From: Bigelowiella natans CCMP2755
Lineage: Eukaryota > Protista > Cercozoa
DNA length: 63,622 bases
Reading direction: 5' to 3'
Assembly (NCBI GenBank): GCA_000320545.1
Contig: ADNK01003131.1
Coordinates: 1 to 63,622 of the forward strand
Part shown: one piece after another, positions 1 to 13,681 of the stretch
How the letters are laid out: the number at the start of each line of letters is the position of its first letter
Numbering within the stretch: the stretch's first letter is position 1
Program-made: the position numbers and the translations under genes
Notes under the pieces: model-generated
Told to the model about the DNA's origin: nothing
Databases searched by the model: none
Seen by the model: the letters and a program-made list of their open reading frames with translations, nothing else

Positions 1-2
1 AA

Positions 3-6
<4 letters not shown>

Positions 7-85
<79 letters not shown>
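7..85. repeat. (AT)n microsatellite in an intron
   Basis: About 39 uninterrupted AT units. Confidence 0.95.
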
Positions 86-88
<3 letters not shown>

Positions 89-123
89 AAATATAGATTC
101 GTTTCTATCATCATTCTTTTCAC

Positions 124-218
124 CTATCGAAAATCAGCTGTCGTCGCTTGAAGTTTGGGGCCACATGCTTCTTGTTGTAAGCCGTGACGTCCTCTTTGTC
201 ATGTCCGTCCTCGGACAT
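124..218 (-). CDS. First exon of a gene running off the window's left edge; possible class-III aminotransferase (ArgD/OAT/AGXT2-like) N-terminus
   Basis: ATG at 218 reads MSEDGHDKEDVTAYNKKHVAPNFKRRQLIFDR, then an AG|GTGAAA donor and an (AT)n-containing intron. It resembles the 'Y.R..L.F.RGEG' start of class-III aminotransferases, but only about 32 codons are visible. Confidence 0.4.
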
Positions 219-1560
219 GGTTCTGACAAAAGTAATTCGATAAAATTCCTTACTTACTGTTTAGTCATATTCATTGCCTGTAAATGCTACGTACGCCATT
301 CATATTTTCCTATCACTCGATGAACGCATGATATGAATGGGTCCAGTTAAACTTGCATCCGTTTCCCTCCCCTCCCCTCCACAAATTACAGCGCGTACCT
401 CTATGTATCGTTTCGATTTTCCCCTCTCAAGATCTTTGTTGAGAACGTTGGTCCTGCTCGTGCACCACTGTATATCAGAGGAGGACCCAAATCACGAACG
501 AAACCTATTCGCCTTGTCTTAAAATTTTCAGACTTGATTCAGGACAAAAACAAAACCTATATTTCTATATTTTATGGACAAAGTGTATATACGACAACAA
601 ATTATTTACTTTTATTTCATTTTCGATAGAGTTTAGATTGTCGAATGTGTGGAAATCTACTGAAACTGAAATATCAATTTTCATACTCTAAAATAGTTTA
701 TTTTGAGCGAAATGTCGAATATTGGTGCGCTAATATTCTTAAAATGAGTCAATATATCCTAAATTGCACTGCAAACTGTAATAATTGTGACATAATATGT
801 ACAGCTTTGAACTGAAACTGCATCATAGTTGTTGCACTGTCAGTTACCTCCACACTTCAAAACCGAGAGATTCCCCTGCTCTCACCTTCAGAATGTGTAA
901 AACCGCATGCATTTTATGCTTTTAAAAAGACTTCTCAAGGGCAAGAAACGCCTTCATTCCGCATAATAATTTGATGACTTAATATATCGGTTAACATTGC
1001 AGAATTCGTTAACTAACAAATTCGGACTTTATTTCAACTTCAAATAATTGGGTTCCGAGATTTATAACATCCGGTTTTCTCCGGACAAAATCGGCACTAT
1101 CTACTTGCCTCTGAAAGTTATTTTACAAAAATAGGCGAGGAATGAGGAGAATCCCCCTATAATTTTCCCTGACCCACATCGCCAACTTGGAAAAATTTGG
1201 ACTAAACAACTTGCATATAAATTTAGAAAGGTCTTGATTTCTTAATTGAGACAAGGAATTATGCATGTCGTAGTATGGGCTTTGGAGCGTACAATTGCAT
1301 CAAATCACATCCCGATCATTTGCCCTCGGCCTCCCCAGTCCCCCTCCCTACAACTGTGGAAAATCAGGTTCATGAGTAATGGATGGTCATAATGAGATGG
1401 ATTGGCGACTTGATTCTGGCTTAGAACTATACAGTATTGATTTGGTTTTGTGAATAGGAAAAGAGGGCGTCGTCAGCAACTTATTTCCTTGACGAAGGAA
1501 GTTCAACAATAACACTAGGGATCAGTTAGAAGAGAGAGAGGAGCTTAGAAGAACGAAGCA

Positions 1561-3688
1561 ATGTCCATGCTCAACCAGGTAAATCTCACTGTACTGCTCT
1601 TTTTTTTTTTTACCGTCAATCTCACTCGCGACTCGGGAAAGAAGCTCGATCACCAAACCATCTCTAAGCACTAGGACAGCGTTTATCAATGAAAAATATA
1701 ACAACCACATTCTCTCCTTCCCCGATGAAATTACCAGCATATTTTCCCATAAAAGCTGACCAATATATGTCTTAAGCAATGTCTTGGTCATAATTGAAGA
1801 GTAACTAATTGCCTAATGCATGGTTGGTTGTTCTTTAAAAATGATGACACGATAGACCATTGTGCTTGACAATGGGACCGGCACAATAAAAGCGGGGTAT
1901 TCGGGAACGCAGAAGCCAAAGGTACGTGGAGGGAGACAAATAATCAGATGTACACTACAAACTCATTTTCATTCACGGCTTTGAAAGAAGGAGCAGATAT
2001 GAAAGTGAGTAGATTTAGAAGGGTGGGGAGATATTATGCGATTTACTACCTACCGTTCTTGCCGCCAACCCTTTCCCTAATGTCTTCGTGGAATATTCTA
2101 CTTATGGTCAGTTTACACTATCATCGTACGTGGGTCGGCCTAAGTACGAGAAAGTCATGGCTAAGCAGGAGCGCAAAGAGCCGTATGTGGGCGAGGAGGC
2201 CCAGAACCTCGCAGGGGTGCTCAAACTCAACTACCCGATGAAGCACGGAATCGTCGAAAACTGGGAGGATATGGAAGCTATCTGGTCTTCCTAACCCTAA
2301 CCCTACCCCCCCTTCCATACCCACTGCTTCCATTCTTATTTGTAAAATATTTCTAACTTGATGAATGTCGCTTTCTGCGCTGCTGCGTTGATGACAACTC
2401 TCCCTCCCCCCCCTCCCCCCCTCCTCTTCCTCCTCCCACCGGTAACAACCTCTCGCAGGTCACACATGTACACACAGCTCGCAGTGCAGAAAGACGAGCA
2501 CCCTGTGCTCATCACCGAGCCTCCACTCAATCCGAGGAAAAATCGCGAAAAAATGGCTGAAATATTTTTCGAGACCTTCAACGTCCCTGCCTTCTACGTG
2601 CAGATCCCACCAATCCTATGTAATTATCCTATGTAATAATTACCAAGCTGCTATTTTTATGCGATGTGACGATGTGGTGTTCTTCGGTAGTGAAAGCTGT
2701 GATAGTCCGCTTATGATTTATGTTATTGCGAGTCATTCTTCACATAATCGATTTAGGTTTCTATGAGTCATTCTTCATAATCGATTTAGGTTTATATGCC
2801 TCAGGACGTACGACAGGGCTTGTGCTTGATTCCGGAGAAGGTGTTGGATGATGATGATGATGATGATGATGATAACAACCAATGTAACATTCGTTTGTGA
2901 AGGAAATGACTGTACAAAGTTAATATTGATAACTGTTATTGTTTGCTTTATCAATTGTCGACCCCCCCCCCTTCAATGCTTCAGGAGTTACACACGCTGT
3001 GCCGGTATTATTATCAGTACAAATTCGCTGTTGATGTTCACTCGATAGTAGTGCATGCATGCATAAACAACATAGTATGGTGGACACTATTGGCTCCTTG
3101 TGGTGTGGCATCAGAAGAGTGTATGCGTAGGTCTTTGAAGGTTTCGCTCTCCCACACGCAATGCAGAGGATCGACGTAGCAGGAAGGTAATAATATTAAT
3201 GGGGTTGATGAGTTGTATATAACAGCAGAATTTATTTGATTGGGGAGCTACCGAGTATCATCATCATCATCATCATCATCATCATCTTCACTGTTATTAT
3301 CATGATAGGGATGTTACCGAATACTTACAGAGGCTTCTACGCAAAGCAGGGTTACCTCACCCCCCTACCCCCCTTAAAATCATAATCGGCATTTCCTCCT
3401 CCAAATAGGATCGAGATAATAGATAACTCTCTAGATGTTGCTTGCTGCATTGTTTCTTCAGGCTCTGAGAACACAAACACACACGCGCGCGCACACACAC
3501 ATGCATACCCAGACACGTTTAGCAAATGCCTGGCCTTTCTCTATGCATCGTATGTGTTTCATCATGTGAAGGTTGAGATCATAATAATGATGATGATGAT
3601 AATGATAATCAAGGTATAACTTCCACACATCTGCGGAAATGGAGGTTGTGCGGAATATCAAGGAGAAGGTTCTGCATCATCGATGTTC

Positions 3689-3728
<40 letters not shown>

Positions 3729-3979
3729 CCTCTCCCTCCTCTCCCTCCTCTCCCTATAATATCGGAGTAAATATCAGTAGATTCATTTATCAGTAAAAGA
3801 ATCTTTTCATCATCATAAGTGCGGATTACTGTACAAATAGGTATGCTTCACGTCTTACGACTACAAAAAGGTGATGTTTTGTTGTCCCCCCCCCTATCCC
3901 CCCATCCCTATTCCGTGTGTTATGTATTTTTCCATGTCATAATACATTATTGGTGTTTCTTCAACGACACGTACAGAAA

Positions 3980-4013
<34 letters not shown>

Positions 4014-4026
4014 AATAAATATGTAC

Positions 4027-4078
<52 letters not shown>

Positions 4079-4917
4079 GCATTGTTGCATGTATAGGACG
4101 CTAGAGAGAAGGAGGAAGAACCGAATGCGGAGCAAATCTACAGACTTCCTGATGGAAAATGGATAGGAATCGGCCAGGAGAAGTTTCGAGCACCTGAGGT
4201 GCTGTTCAACCCTGACCTCATAGGTAACAACACCATCTATGTAGCTGCTGCTTATTGAAGAAATCATGTAGGGCTGTACCTCCCCCCCCCCCCCCCCCCT
4301 ATCTCTCTCAATTCAACACATATACATGTGTGTTTGTGTGTGTGTTTGTGTGTGTGTGCGCGCGGGGGGGGATATTGGAGGGGGGGATTTAGAGATGGGT
4401 TGGTATCTGAATGAAGTGATAGGTCGGTGCTCTCTCCTTGTCGTCATCTTTAATATCAAATATGATACTTTAGGCTTGGAGTATCCTGGAGTTCATGAGT
4501 GTTTGGTTGTAGCAGCTCTAGTAGCAAACATATAATGCGCCCCATCATTATGATCAACTACCATAAGATATATATCACCATCATAGCTGGCTCCAAATGA
4601 GTTCTTCTTGCTGCTAGGTAAACGCCATCAAAGCAAGCGATTTGGACATCCGACGCACATTGTACCGCACAATCCTTCTCGCAGGGGGAACCACTACAAA
4701 TCAGGTCGTTATTCGCTCAGAAGTCAACGTCGTTGTTACCATCATCATTAGTGCAGTTGAAGAAATGTTTAGGAAAAACCTCCTACAATGTCGCTGCAGT
4801 CATCATTTTGCTATTGTTCTTACTTACGTGTATTACTTCTCCTCCTCCTCCTCCTCCTCAGGGGTTCCCTGATAGGCTGCTGAATAGCGTGCGGCAGATT
4901 AGTCCCCGTACGTGCTA

Positions 4918-4950
<33 letters not shown>

Positions 4951-5377
4951 TGACTACTACTGCTGCTAGTTAGGAGAGCAAGATATAGATTATGTTGGAT
5001 GGCATTGAATGTAGTCAGAAATCGGAATATCCGTATAATCCATCATCATCATCATCATCATCATCATTGATCATTAATCATTGATCACCATCATCTTAGG
5101 TGATACCAAAATTCGCATCTACGCTCCCCAGGACAGGGTTGAATCGGCATGGATGGGTGAGGCGGACTATGCTGCTGTTCGCCAACACAATAGCCATCAC
5201 TACATTCGTCCTCCCATGATGATCCTCACATCTCTTCCAGATTAGTAACCTTGCCTTTATTTCTTGTCTTCAGGTGGCGCGATCCTTGGAACATTGGCGA
5301 CATTCAAAAAGATGTGGGTTGATAAAGACGAGTACAAGGAGTCGGGCAAGAGCATCTTGTATCGTCGCACTTTCTAG
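1561..5377 (+). CDS. ACTR1: Actin-related protein 1 (centractin, dynactin filament subunit), about 16 exons
   Basis: Spliced exons read MSMLNQ|[90 protein letters not shown]|VTHAVP|[53 protein letters not shown] and [11 protein letters not shown]...LYRRTF*. FHTSAE, KIRIYAP and the RRTF terminus favour Arp1 over conventional actin. There is an anomaly at 2730-2800 (see findings). Confidence 0.92.
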
Positions 5378-5559
5378 ATAGCAGACATGAGAATCGTCAG
5401 ATGTGCCAGAGAAGCATAATATAATATAGCACAAGCTTATTGCACATAGACACACCCGCTTTCGCCGGTGTATAGCGAGTAGCGCCCAACAACTAAGGCG
5501 AACCAAATTATTCACCTGCTGCTCCGTAGGTAGGGCATGGAAACATCAAATTATAATTT

Positions 5560-6600
5560 TATGAACTACGAAAAGATGGACGCAGCAGCTGCCATTATTG
5601 GAGCACCACATATACACAGCGTCTTTAATGCAGTTATGGTAGTATCAGGCTATTCAGTAGTCGTATATTGTAGGGTCACAGATAACGGTCATACTACTAG
5701 CATGTCTATTAGGAGGTAGTTGGTCGCTGTGCATGCATGCCTCTGTATGGCATATTTTGCTTAGAATTTGTCACTCACCCTGCTTATCGATCACGTACAG
5801 CATCGCGGCGATCGAGCGATCTGCGCTACTATAGTGCGGGTGGCGTCGTATCCAGATGTGTGTACGTAATTAAGACGGATGTAATAAATCGAATTAAATT
5901 TGTTCCATATAGTTTGATGTTCATCCTCATGCATGCTAGCATGTGTCACACATAGCATCCAGACATGTAATAAAAATGCACTATAGACATACGTATATAT
6001 GATATATATTGTGTCTATTGTATGCCATTGCTGTTAGATTGGACACGTGCATGCGTGCATGCGCGCGGCCATCTAGAAAGTAGATGAGAGGCACCGCCCG
6101 CCACAGCGCAAGCGCAGACGTCATGCTAGCATGCAGCTGACGACACTGCTAGATCGACTGTACTACAGCATGTGTCTAGATGTGGCGCTATAATGACAGC
6201 CCGCGCTGGATGTGATCAGACTAGCAGGCTTTCATCATTTAGTCATGTTCATACGCGCATATTTGGCTAGATATATGTACTATCGTTATTACTATCTAGC
6301 TATGTACTATAGTATATTTCGCATAGCTAGATAGCAACGTACAGCCAATGATATTCACATGCAGTGTATCCAGTGCATGATGGTTCTAGTGGCTATCTAA
6401 CTATCGATCAGCACAATGAGTGTAGGCTATGGAATAATCAAATTAAAATATGCTTTCCTCTACGCTAGTACGTACAGGTTGCGGCTCTGTGGTAGCGTAT
6501 CGCCTGCAAATTTGAGTGTCCTTACACACAATACCAGCGCACGGGTGTACGCATATAAGCTCTATCTAGCTATAGTGATCAATCCACTACTGGCTCCTTA
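5560..6600. other. Convergent (tail-to-tail) intergenic spacer rich in CTAG/CATG/TGCA/AGCT palindromic words
   Basis: Lies between Arp1 (+) and the LamG gene (-). CATGCTAGCATG occurs at 5932 and 6122, with alternating purine-pyrimidine runs such as GCATGCGTGCATGCGCGCG. Confidence 0.7.
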
Positions 6601-6803
6601 CAAAAATTACAGGAACTAATTTCAATCATCAAAGCAAATGAACTCCATCCTCGCATCTCCTTTTCCTGAGATTTATGCATCATCGAAGAATATTCATGAG
6701 AACTATTACCGTAACCAACTGCTACAGTACATCTTGACCTTGTTGGGTGCGTCAAGCATTGCCTGGGAATATGCTCAAAAGATCCAGGGGGCTGTGGCGT
6801 GTA

Positions 6804-7606
6804 CTACGTAAAAGAATCACAGAAACAGACGTTTGTATTATGATACCAGCCAAAGCGCCATGTAACAAAAGGACATGTGCTTTGCACGAAGTCTACCGGT
6901 GTTGTGGCGCTCAGTACAGAGCACTTGTTCCCAGCTCCAGAATTATATAAAGCCAGGACATCAGCGGCAGAGAGGACTCGGTTGTAGATACTAAAACTTC
7001 GCATGCCTCCTTTCCAAAGACAGCTACCATAAAGACATTTACCGATCCAGTTCGTTGAGCGTGTCGCTGTAGGAAGAGGCCACCCCCCTCCTGTCTTAGT
7101 GCCCACCTCTACTCCATTCTTATACACCTGGGGGAGAGGAGAGGAGAGGAGAGTAGAGGGGAGGGGGAAAGGGAAGAAAGAAAATATAAAGATTGTTAAG
7201 TTCCACAGCCGGTTTATTGCGACATTCCTTATCGAAATTATCGGACCTTGAAATCGCCAGTAGCTGATATACTCCAGGCAAAATGAGTGAGCGCTCCATT
7301 TACCAAAAAACCAGGAATTTCTTTGCTGAGGAGTGCCCCTCCTGTATTTCTCATCTCGACTCTGTGGGAAGGGTAAATGATTTTCGTTCAAATTCTTCGT
7401 AAATGGCTTCATGAACTCGGCGTGTTTTCAACGTGGAGAAGACAGAACTACTAACAGTGCACGATAATTAGTTAAGAATGATTAAATTCACGGGTAACAA
7501 ACTTGAGCGTGGAGCCTGTGTTGACGGCGAAAGCTTGAACGTTCATAGCTGTTGGGCTGTTTCCGAACTCGAACAACCGAGCTGTATAGTCAATATACAA
7601 ATTTAC

Positions 7607-7645
<39 letters not shown>

Positions 7646-8416
7646 TGCGTGTTACATGACATAATGCAATGGGCAAACATGTGTGTATGTACAGCATGAC
7701 TAAAATATTCAAAGTTGATGCTGAAATGTTGAGTGATTGTTCACTGCAGCAACAAATGTATTCTCGAAACCACGAAATACTTACAGGAGGAGGTGCTGCC
7801 CCCAACGTTGTCGAATCGGAACCACGATGCGAATGTAGTCGCACCTGAAGAACATACATACATCTGAGCAAAGTCTGCTTAGGAGAGAAATGCCATCGCA
7901 AGTAGGATGGTACAAAGTGCGTATATTAAAAGTGCTTATATATTACCTCCCAGAGGCACGGCATCGAGCTGCACAAAATCGTTCACACCGTCGAATGTAA
8001 GTCCTAATACATACATAGGTATTTGTTAACATCATTTTCCTGTGCTTTTCCAAAGCCATAAGGAAAGAGCTTGCGAGAGCAATAAAATCAATTGATTAGC
8101 TTTGAGTGCCTTCGTTTGGATTGAATTCAGGATTCTGATACGGTGAGGGCATTACTACCTTGACCCGAGTTACATGTGATTCCGTTTTTAAGAGCAGCGT
8201 TCATACTGCCATACTGGTCTTGTGTAGTGCACGTGTCGAAACACAGATGATGTATTGCTGAGCAGGATTGGCCAATACTCAAAAACTTGCTCACTCTGAT
8301 AGACAATGGATATAAGACTTACGTGATTGTTGTGCATAGCTACGGCCAATTATGATCCATGAAAACACCAACCAGAGAGCCCATCTGGTCGTGAATTTAC
8401 ACGGCGGCCACAACAT
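6804..8416 (-). CDS. Secreted LamG/concanavalin-A-like jelly-roll protein, 7 exons
   Basis: The exons join in frame: signal-like MLWPPCKFTTRWALWLVFSWIIIGRSYAQQ, then GLTFDGVNDFVQL, TTFASWFRFD, RLFEFGN, LTHFAWSISATGDFK|VYKNGVEVG, NWIGKCLY...WKGGMRSFSIYNRVLSAADVLALY. These are typical Laminin_G_3 motifs. Confidence 0.85.
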
Positions 8417-8968
8417 CTCCTAATCGTGTTAGATTCGGCATATTAGCATGAGTTTGAAACAGGCATTTGCATAGCATTGGGTGCAGGCCTTCCCGTGCGG
8501 TAAAGCGGATTATTTAGGCATGCTCTTACGTTTAAAATCTTAGAGAGAAGGAAACCCACGCCAGCACTAGAGAGGCAAAACTACGTGCATGAAAATGATG
8601 TTGGTGGCTTTACCATCCACTACACTGCGAGAAGCTGAGGATGAGGCGTGTGTTTGTCTGTGTGAGATTGAGATGTGCTCGTTTGAAACCGAAGTCGTAA
8701 CGCCGCTCCCGTGGGAAAGAAAGCATGCCATTTTTTCCCTGCGACTTCTTGAAAACCCATGTCTTACTTACCAAGAAGAACACCCTGTCATTCAGGCCAT
8801 TTGCCGCATTGCGACTTCATAGGAGATCAGAAATCGACGGAATATATAAGGCTTCTAATGTGGTCAAACCTATCAAATAGATCGAAAACACAGGTCGTTT
8901 TATACGGTGCGACAACGAAGAAAGTACTAAGAAATACGGGCAGCCGAAGTTCGACGTCGTAGTATCCG

Positions 8969-9668
8969 ATGACCGCCGCCTCTGCGTGGCTCGGATGCCC
9001 GACGGCGGGAAGAGGAGGGGGGTGCTTTCTGCGATCACTGCTGATTTTATTTGCAGTCGCGGTGGCGATGCTTGCGGTAGGTCTGGCAGCAACTATAGCG
9101 AAATAACTCATGCCCAATGCCTTCTTTGTGATACTTCTCTCTCATTAAAGATTCGAAAAGTAGTAATAGTAGCAGTAGTAGTAGTTCGGAAGGAGATTGT
9201 GGAATTATGTGGATGCCCTTTTGAGATTTTTTCTGGTCATTTTGTCTGCATCTATTCCTAAGCATTCGGGCGATTATTGTTTATCGTTTGGAGTCATCGT
9301 GTTTCTCGTTTTTGACTCCACATCCCTGTAGTGTCTTCACAATCGTTTGTCTTCACAATCGTTTGTTTCCTGTACGATTAGGTATGCATGCAAAGGGGCG
9401 GATATTCAATATCAAAGCTGCCGTATATGATCGAAAGTGTCGTGGTATGAAGTTGTTTTGTTTCGTCTCCAGAGCGTCGTCATTAAAACGCATATCTTGT
9501 AGCCAGGACGGAGTCTTGCGGCATAAGCATTTAAGCATGATATATTGTAATCAGTACGAGGGTTTCGTGGCTTTGGATACCCGCATCAGAGAAGTTTCAG
9601 GAGGGGAAGATCGCCAACGATTCTTCAATAAGGACAACTTTCCACTCGTTCAAGACTTCGAAAACCAT

Positions 9669-9702
<34 letters not shown>

Positions 9703-9759
9703 ACAAACAGAAGGACGCACACGCACATGCATGTCCGCATACATATTTGTGTATGTGTA

Positions 9760-9805
<46 letters not shown>

Positions 9806-10403
9806 GTTGCACCATCATCATAGATAGGGGAGATGCAAGCAGAGCTAGAGTACGTTATGAAGCATATCCCCACACCACAATTCGACAAAGTCGTACCCGG
9901 GCAGGTGAGCGATGATGATGATGATGATAATTTTCATGGTGACATTAGCAGTGATTACGATAAGCTGCTGGTACTTGCTCATTCCATGCATACAACAATA
10001 CTTCCGCTTCTTTCCATCGCTGCTTGACTTTTACTGAGTTAATAATGCGTTTCTGCATATTTGATTACTAGTACGATAAATGCTGACGATATATTGTATT
10101 TCCCTTGTGCGGCGTTTGAAGTGTAAAACGGATGTCATGATTAGTTAGTAGCGGTACAGTTGAGTTGATTGGTATCTATCGTACTTCCTGCATGTTGTGT
10201 CAAAGGGACCTCTCAATCGAGATAAAAAATGGACGGTTTTTCAGGTAGTAGTAGTAGTAGTAGTAGTAGTATCCTAAATCAAGCCGGAAAATAAGGCGGA
10301 AGGAGGAAGGGAGGGAGAAGGGAATGCTCTATATTTTGTCTTTAACGTGGTGCCAACGCCAAATCGTTTTGATTACTGTTACCATTAATTATGCTTTTCC
10401 TAC

Positions 10404-10470
<67 letters not shown>

Positions 10471-10879
10471 TATAAAATTAATACCAAACATCTTTGGTTT
10501 TAGTATTAGCACACTAATAGCCCCACCCTCCCCCCTCCCCCCTCTTCCTCCCTCCTTCTTCAGTTTCGGGTCTACAACCGTGATTTGGAATTCAATCACA
10601 AGTTGTGCCCGGTGACCTCAGGTAGTAGTACCCGATTGATGTATTTACGGTATTAAACGCATCATATTTTCTTACTTTTGCTTGCCCCCTCCCCTCCCCA
10701 CCCCCTCTTTATTGCCCCGCAACCTTTCTCTTTTAGCGTTGGTAAAAAAGTACACAGATATATCTTACGCCATGTTTTCGATACTACACGGACCAAAGTA
10801 CATCCCACCGCACAAAGGTGGTGCTACTACTGTGAAATCACGAGCAGCTGGAAATGAAAAGATAGAATGGGGGAGAGGC

Positions 10880-10929
<50 letters not shown>

Positions 10930-10946
10930 AGAAAGATACAAGGAAT

Positions 10947-10977
<31 letters not shown>

Positions 10978-11869
10978 CCTTGTGTGTGTGTGTGAGAGCG
11001 AGCGTACGGAGATGTGTAAATGAATTTGTCAGTTGCAAACTATGCTTTATCGTGTCTCTACACCCTCCTCTCCACTTAAACAGGTTTATACTCCGGAGTC
11101 CTGCGAGTGCATATTCCCCTCAAAGTGCCAAGTACTATTATTAATTATTGTAAATATCATTATTAGTATCATCATTATAACTAGCAGTTTTTCGTCGTCA
11201 TCATAACAACACATGTGATCCCCCGCATCCGTGAGCACGTTCTCTCTCTCTCTACCTAGACGAATGCAGCAATACAGCGCCATCTCAGTCGTCATCACCC
11301 CCCCCATCTTCGGTCGGAGAGTGCTACATACGGGTCAAGAACGAGACTAGGATATGGGAGGTCATTATATATCAGGAGCAGTAGCAAAATAAGTAGTAGA
11401 TGCAGTAGTAGTTTAGTAGTATTCAGGGTTGTGGTAGAGAAGTATAGAGTACAACTGTGCAGGATCGCCACAATCAATCATCACTTTTCTATTGCATACA
11501 TTTGGCATCATTCACCTCTTGCTCCTGATTGAGAAGACACACCATCGTTAGCCGACTTATAAAATCTAATTCTGCCTACCCGCCCCTCCTCCCCCTGACC
11601 ATCATTTCGTCAATCTTGAAGGAAGGGAAGGCGCTTGTGCTCGACGACTCGCTTGAGCATGAGGTGTATCTAAATGTCAAAGCACAACGCGTGGTTTTAT
11701 TCCTGGACATTCGTAGGTGAGTGTGCTAGTAGCAGCAGCTGTAGTATGCATGATTGGGGGGGGGGGGCGATGGGGAAGGAGGGTGTCCGTTGTTTATCAT
11801 TTTTTTTCTCTAGCAGCCAGGCAGTAGTGAGATCTTTGATGTAGGAGGAACTTCCACCTCCTTTATGTG

Positions 11870-11906
<37 letters not shown>

Positions 11907-12293
11907 ATAAATGCCAGGCCTCTCCCCATTCTCGAGGACCTGTGCAACCGTCTCTTTCTGTGGTACTCCAGGTATTATCGTATGTCGGTGTCTTTACGTA
12001 TCTTCAGCAGCAGCAGCAGCAGCAGCAGCAGCTATGATGGACTCTTCTTGAAGGTGTCAGAGCACATGATTTCGAGGGGGAAATAACACACAAAAACATT
12101 GAAATCCTTATAGGAATATTAGTGTGAATTTATACACTAAACACGGTTTAAAAAGCGTTCGCATCACAGAGAAGAATTGCCTGATGATTTAACTGCTGCT
12201 GCTGTTTTCAGATACATTGGGGTCGTAGGATTCGTCGTAGAAGAGGCCAAACGTTACACGATGGCTGCTACCGAAATAGACCAGAATCGATGA
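8969..12293 (+). CDS. Aspartyl/asparaginyl beta-hydroxylase family (AspH/LpxO-like) Fe/2-OG dioxygenase with N-terminal membrane anchor
   Basis: Exons read FFNKDNFPLVQDFENH, KWTVFQ|FRVYN, LCPVTS, YAMFSILHGPKYIPPHKG|LYSGVLRVHIPLKVP, CYIRVKNETRIWE|EGKALVLDDSLEHEV...RVVLFLDIRR|PLP. Both Fe-binding His motifs are present. The start at 8969 with hydrophobic LLILFAVAVAMLA is tentative. Confidence 0.85.
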
Positions 12294-12499
12294 ATATCTT
12301 ACGTACAACGATATCAACCATCTACAGACTCTGTTTACCCTTTATTTTACATCCCCCCCCGAATTCAATTGAATTAGCCCTGAAAGATCCGAGCTTCGCC
12401 ATTTATCTCCAGCAGGCTGCTGCCTGAATTCCCCGAAGTTGCTTAGACCTTTATTTAGCCGTCCTTATGATTATTTACGTGTAGCACCCCAATTGCGAC

Positions 12500-13500
12500 A
12501 GAGATAGTAATTTAGTATACAAACGCAATAACATGACGCCAACACGACTTTGGTAGCGCATGCGAAATGGTTCAGCAAAGACAACCTATGACGGGTGCTT
12601 GCGTACGCGCATGCGTATGCTAACAATGCAACATGCAGGCCTTATATAGCTGCTACACATACGCTATGAGGGCTACATGGACAGTGCGACGTATTTTGGT
12701 CTTGTCTAACTAATCTAACAAGCCATGTGTGTATATGATTGCTACCGCTGCTTAGTTTGCATGGCTACATTAGGATGACCATGCATAAAATTTAAATTAA
12801 TCATTCCAAGAGCCTAATAAAGGCTCTCGGTATCATGGGGTCTCTTTCAGCTGGTACCCGCACTACATGTGCATTGTGAAGTGCTGCACATGCTGCATGT
12901 ACAGTTCATAACTCCATGTATACCAAGCTATGCATGCACATGTACTACCATGTGCTACAGCTCATAGCGCTGCATGCAGTACATGCGCAATAGCATGCGA
13001 TGCACTACGCAACGCACACAACAGCAGTGCTCTTGGCATCATTACAACCGTCGTCTCATATGCTATATATACAGATATTGTGCTCAACATTACTTATCGC
13101 TGGAAGCTACTGACGTAGCTTCTTCAACCATGGGCTGGTCGAGTATGCTAGTATGGCCCATCTAGCCATTAACGCTTTATACATGTAGCTGCTGCTACCG
13201 CTCGCTCAGTGCCCTAGCAGTGCCCTAGCAGGCGCGCACATGTACATCGCTCGCACCCTTCCTTCCTCGATTGTGGGTTGCATTGTTGTTACCTCTAGAT
13301 GCGTATAACCTTTAGTTATATCCATTGTGTCAGTAAGTACTACAGCGATCTTAGTACAAATAAACATTTGACCGCATGTAAGATGGACAGCCAATGGAAA
13401 CGTACTTATATGCCGGCAGTCAAAATAAATGCGAGCATTCCCAAGTGATCGATCAATCCGCAATCGTTTGTGGACCATATTAAAGCTAGATGTTTGAAAG
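12500..13500. other. Convergent intergenic spacer rich in palindromic and alternating purine-pyrimidine words
   Basis: Lies between the hydroxylase (+) and bestrophin (-). Examples: GCGTACGCGCATGCGTATGC, ATGCATGCACATGTAC, TATGCTAGTATG (13144). Confidence 0.65.
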
Positions 13501-13681
13501 TAATAAGTTCGTTGTTGGCTTCACCATCCAGCAACTATACTGGAGACACCTATCACTATTCTCCACAGCCCCCATCATCATCATCATCATCGTCGTCATC
13601 ATCATTATTGATGTGTGTGATGATTAAAGACACACGTCTTCTCAAATCTCCAACTGATCACCATTTGTGCAAAGTCTCCTG

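Noticed and set aside
2290-2306. CCTAACCCTAACCCTA telomere-like sequence
   Set aside because: Only about two units at the start of an Arp1 intron; compatible with chance or slippage.
3819-4267. ORFs encoding poly-HT, CV, YI, poly-M, poly-L and similar, here and throughout the window
   Set aside because: They are translations of intronic microsatellites or antisense frames.
5560-6600. Convergent spacers interpreted as MITEs or other transposons
   Set aside because: No terminal inverted repeats, target-site duplications or collinear similarity between spacers could be seen.
6577-6806. Open frame continuing past the LamG gene's TAG (possible stop read-through)
   Set aside because: The context is not a recognised read-through signal and the downstream peptide has no recognisable features.
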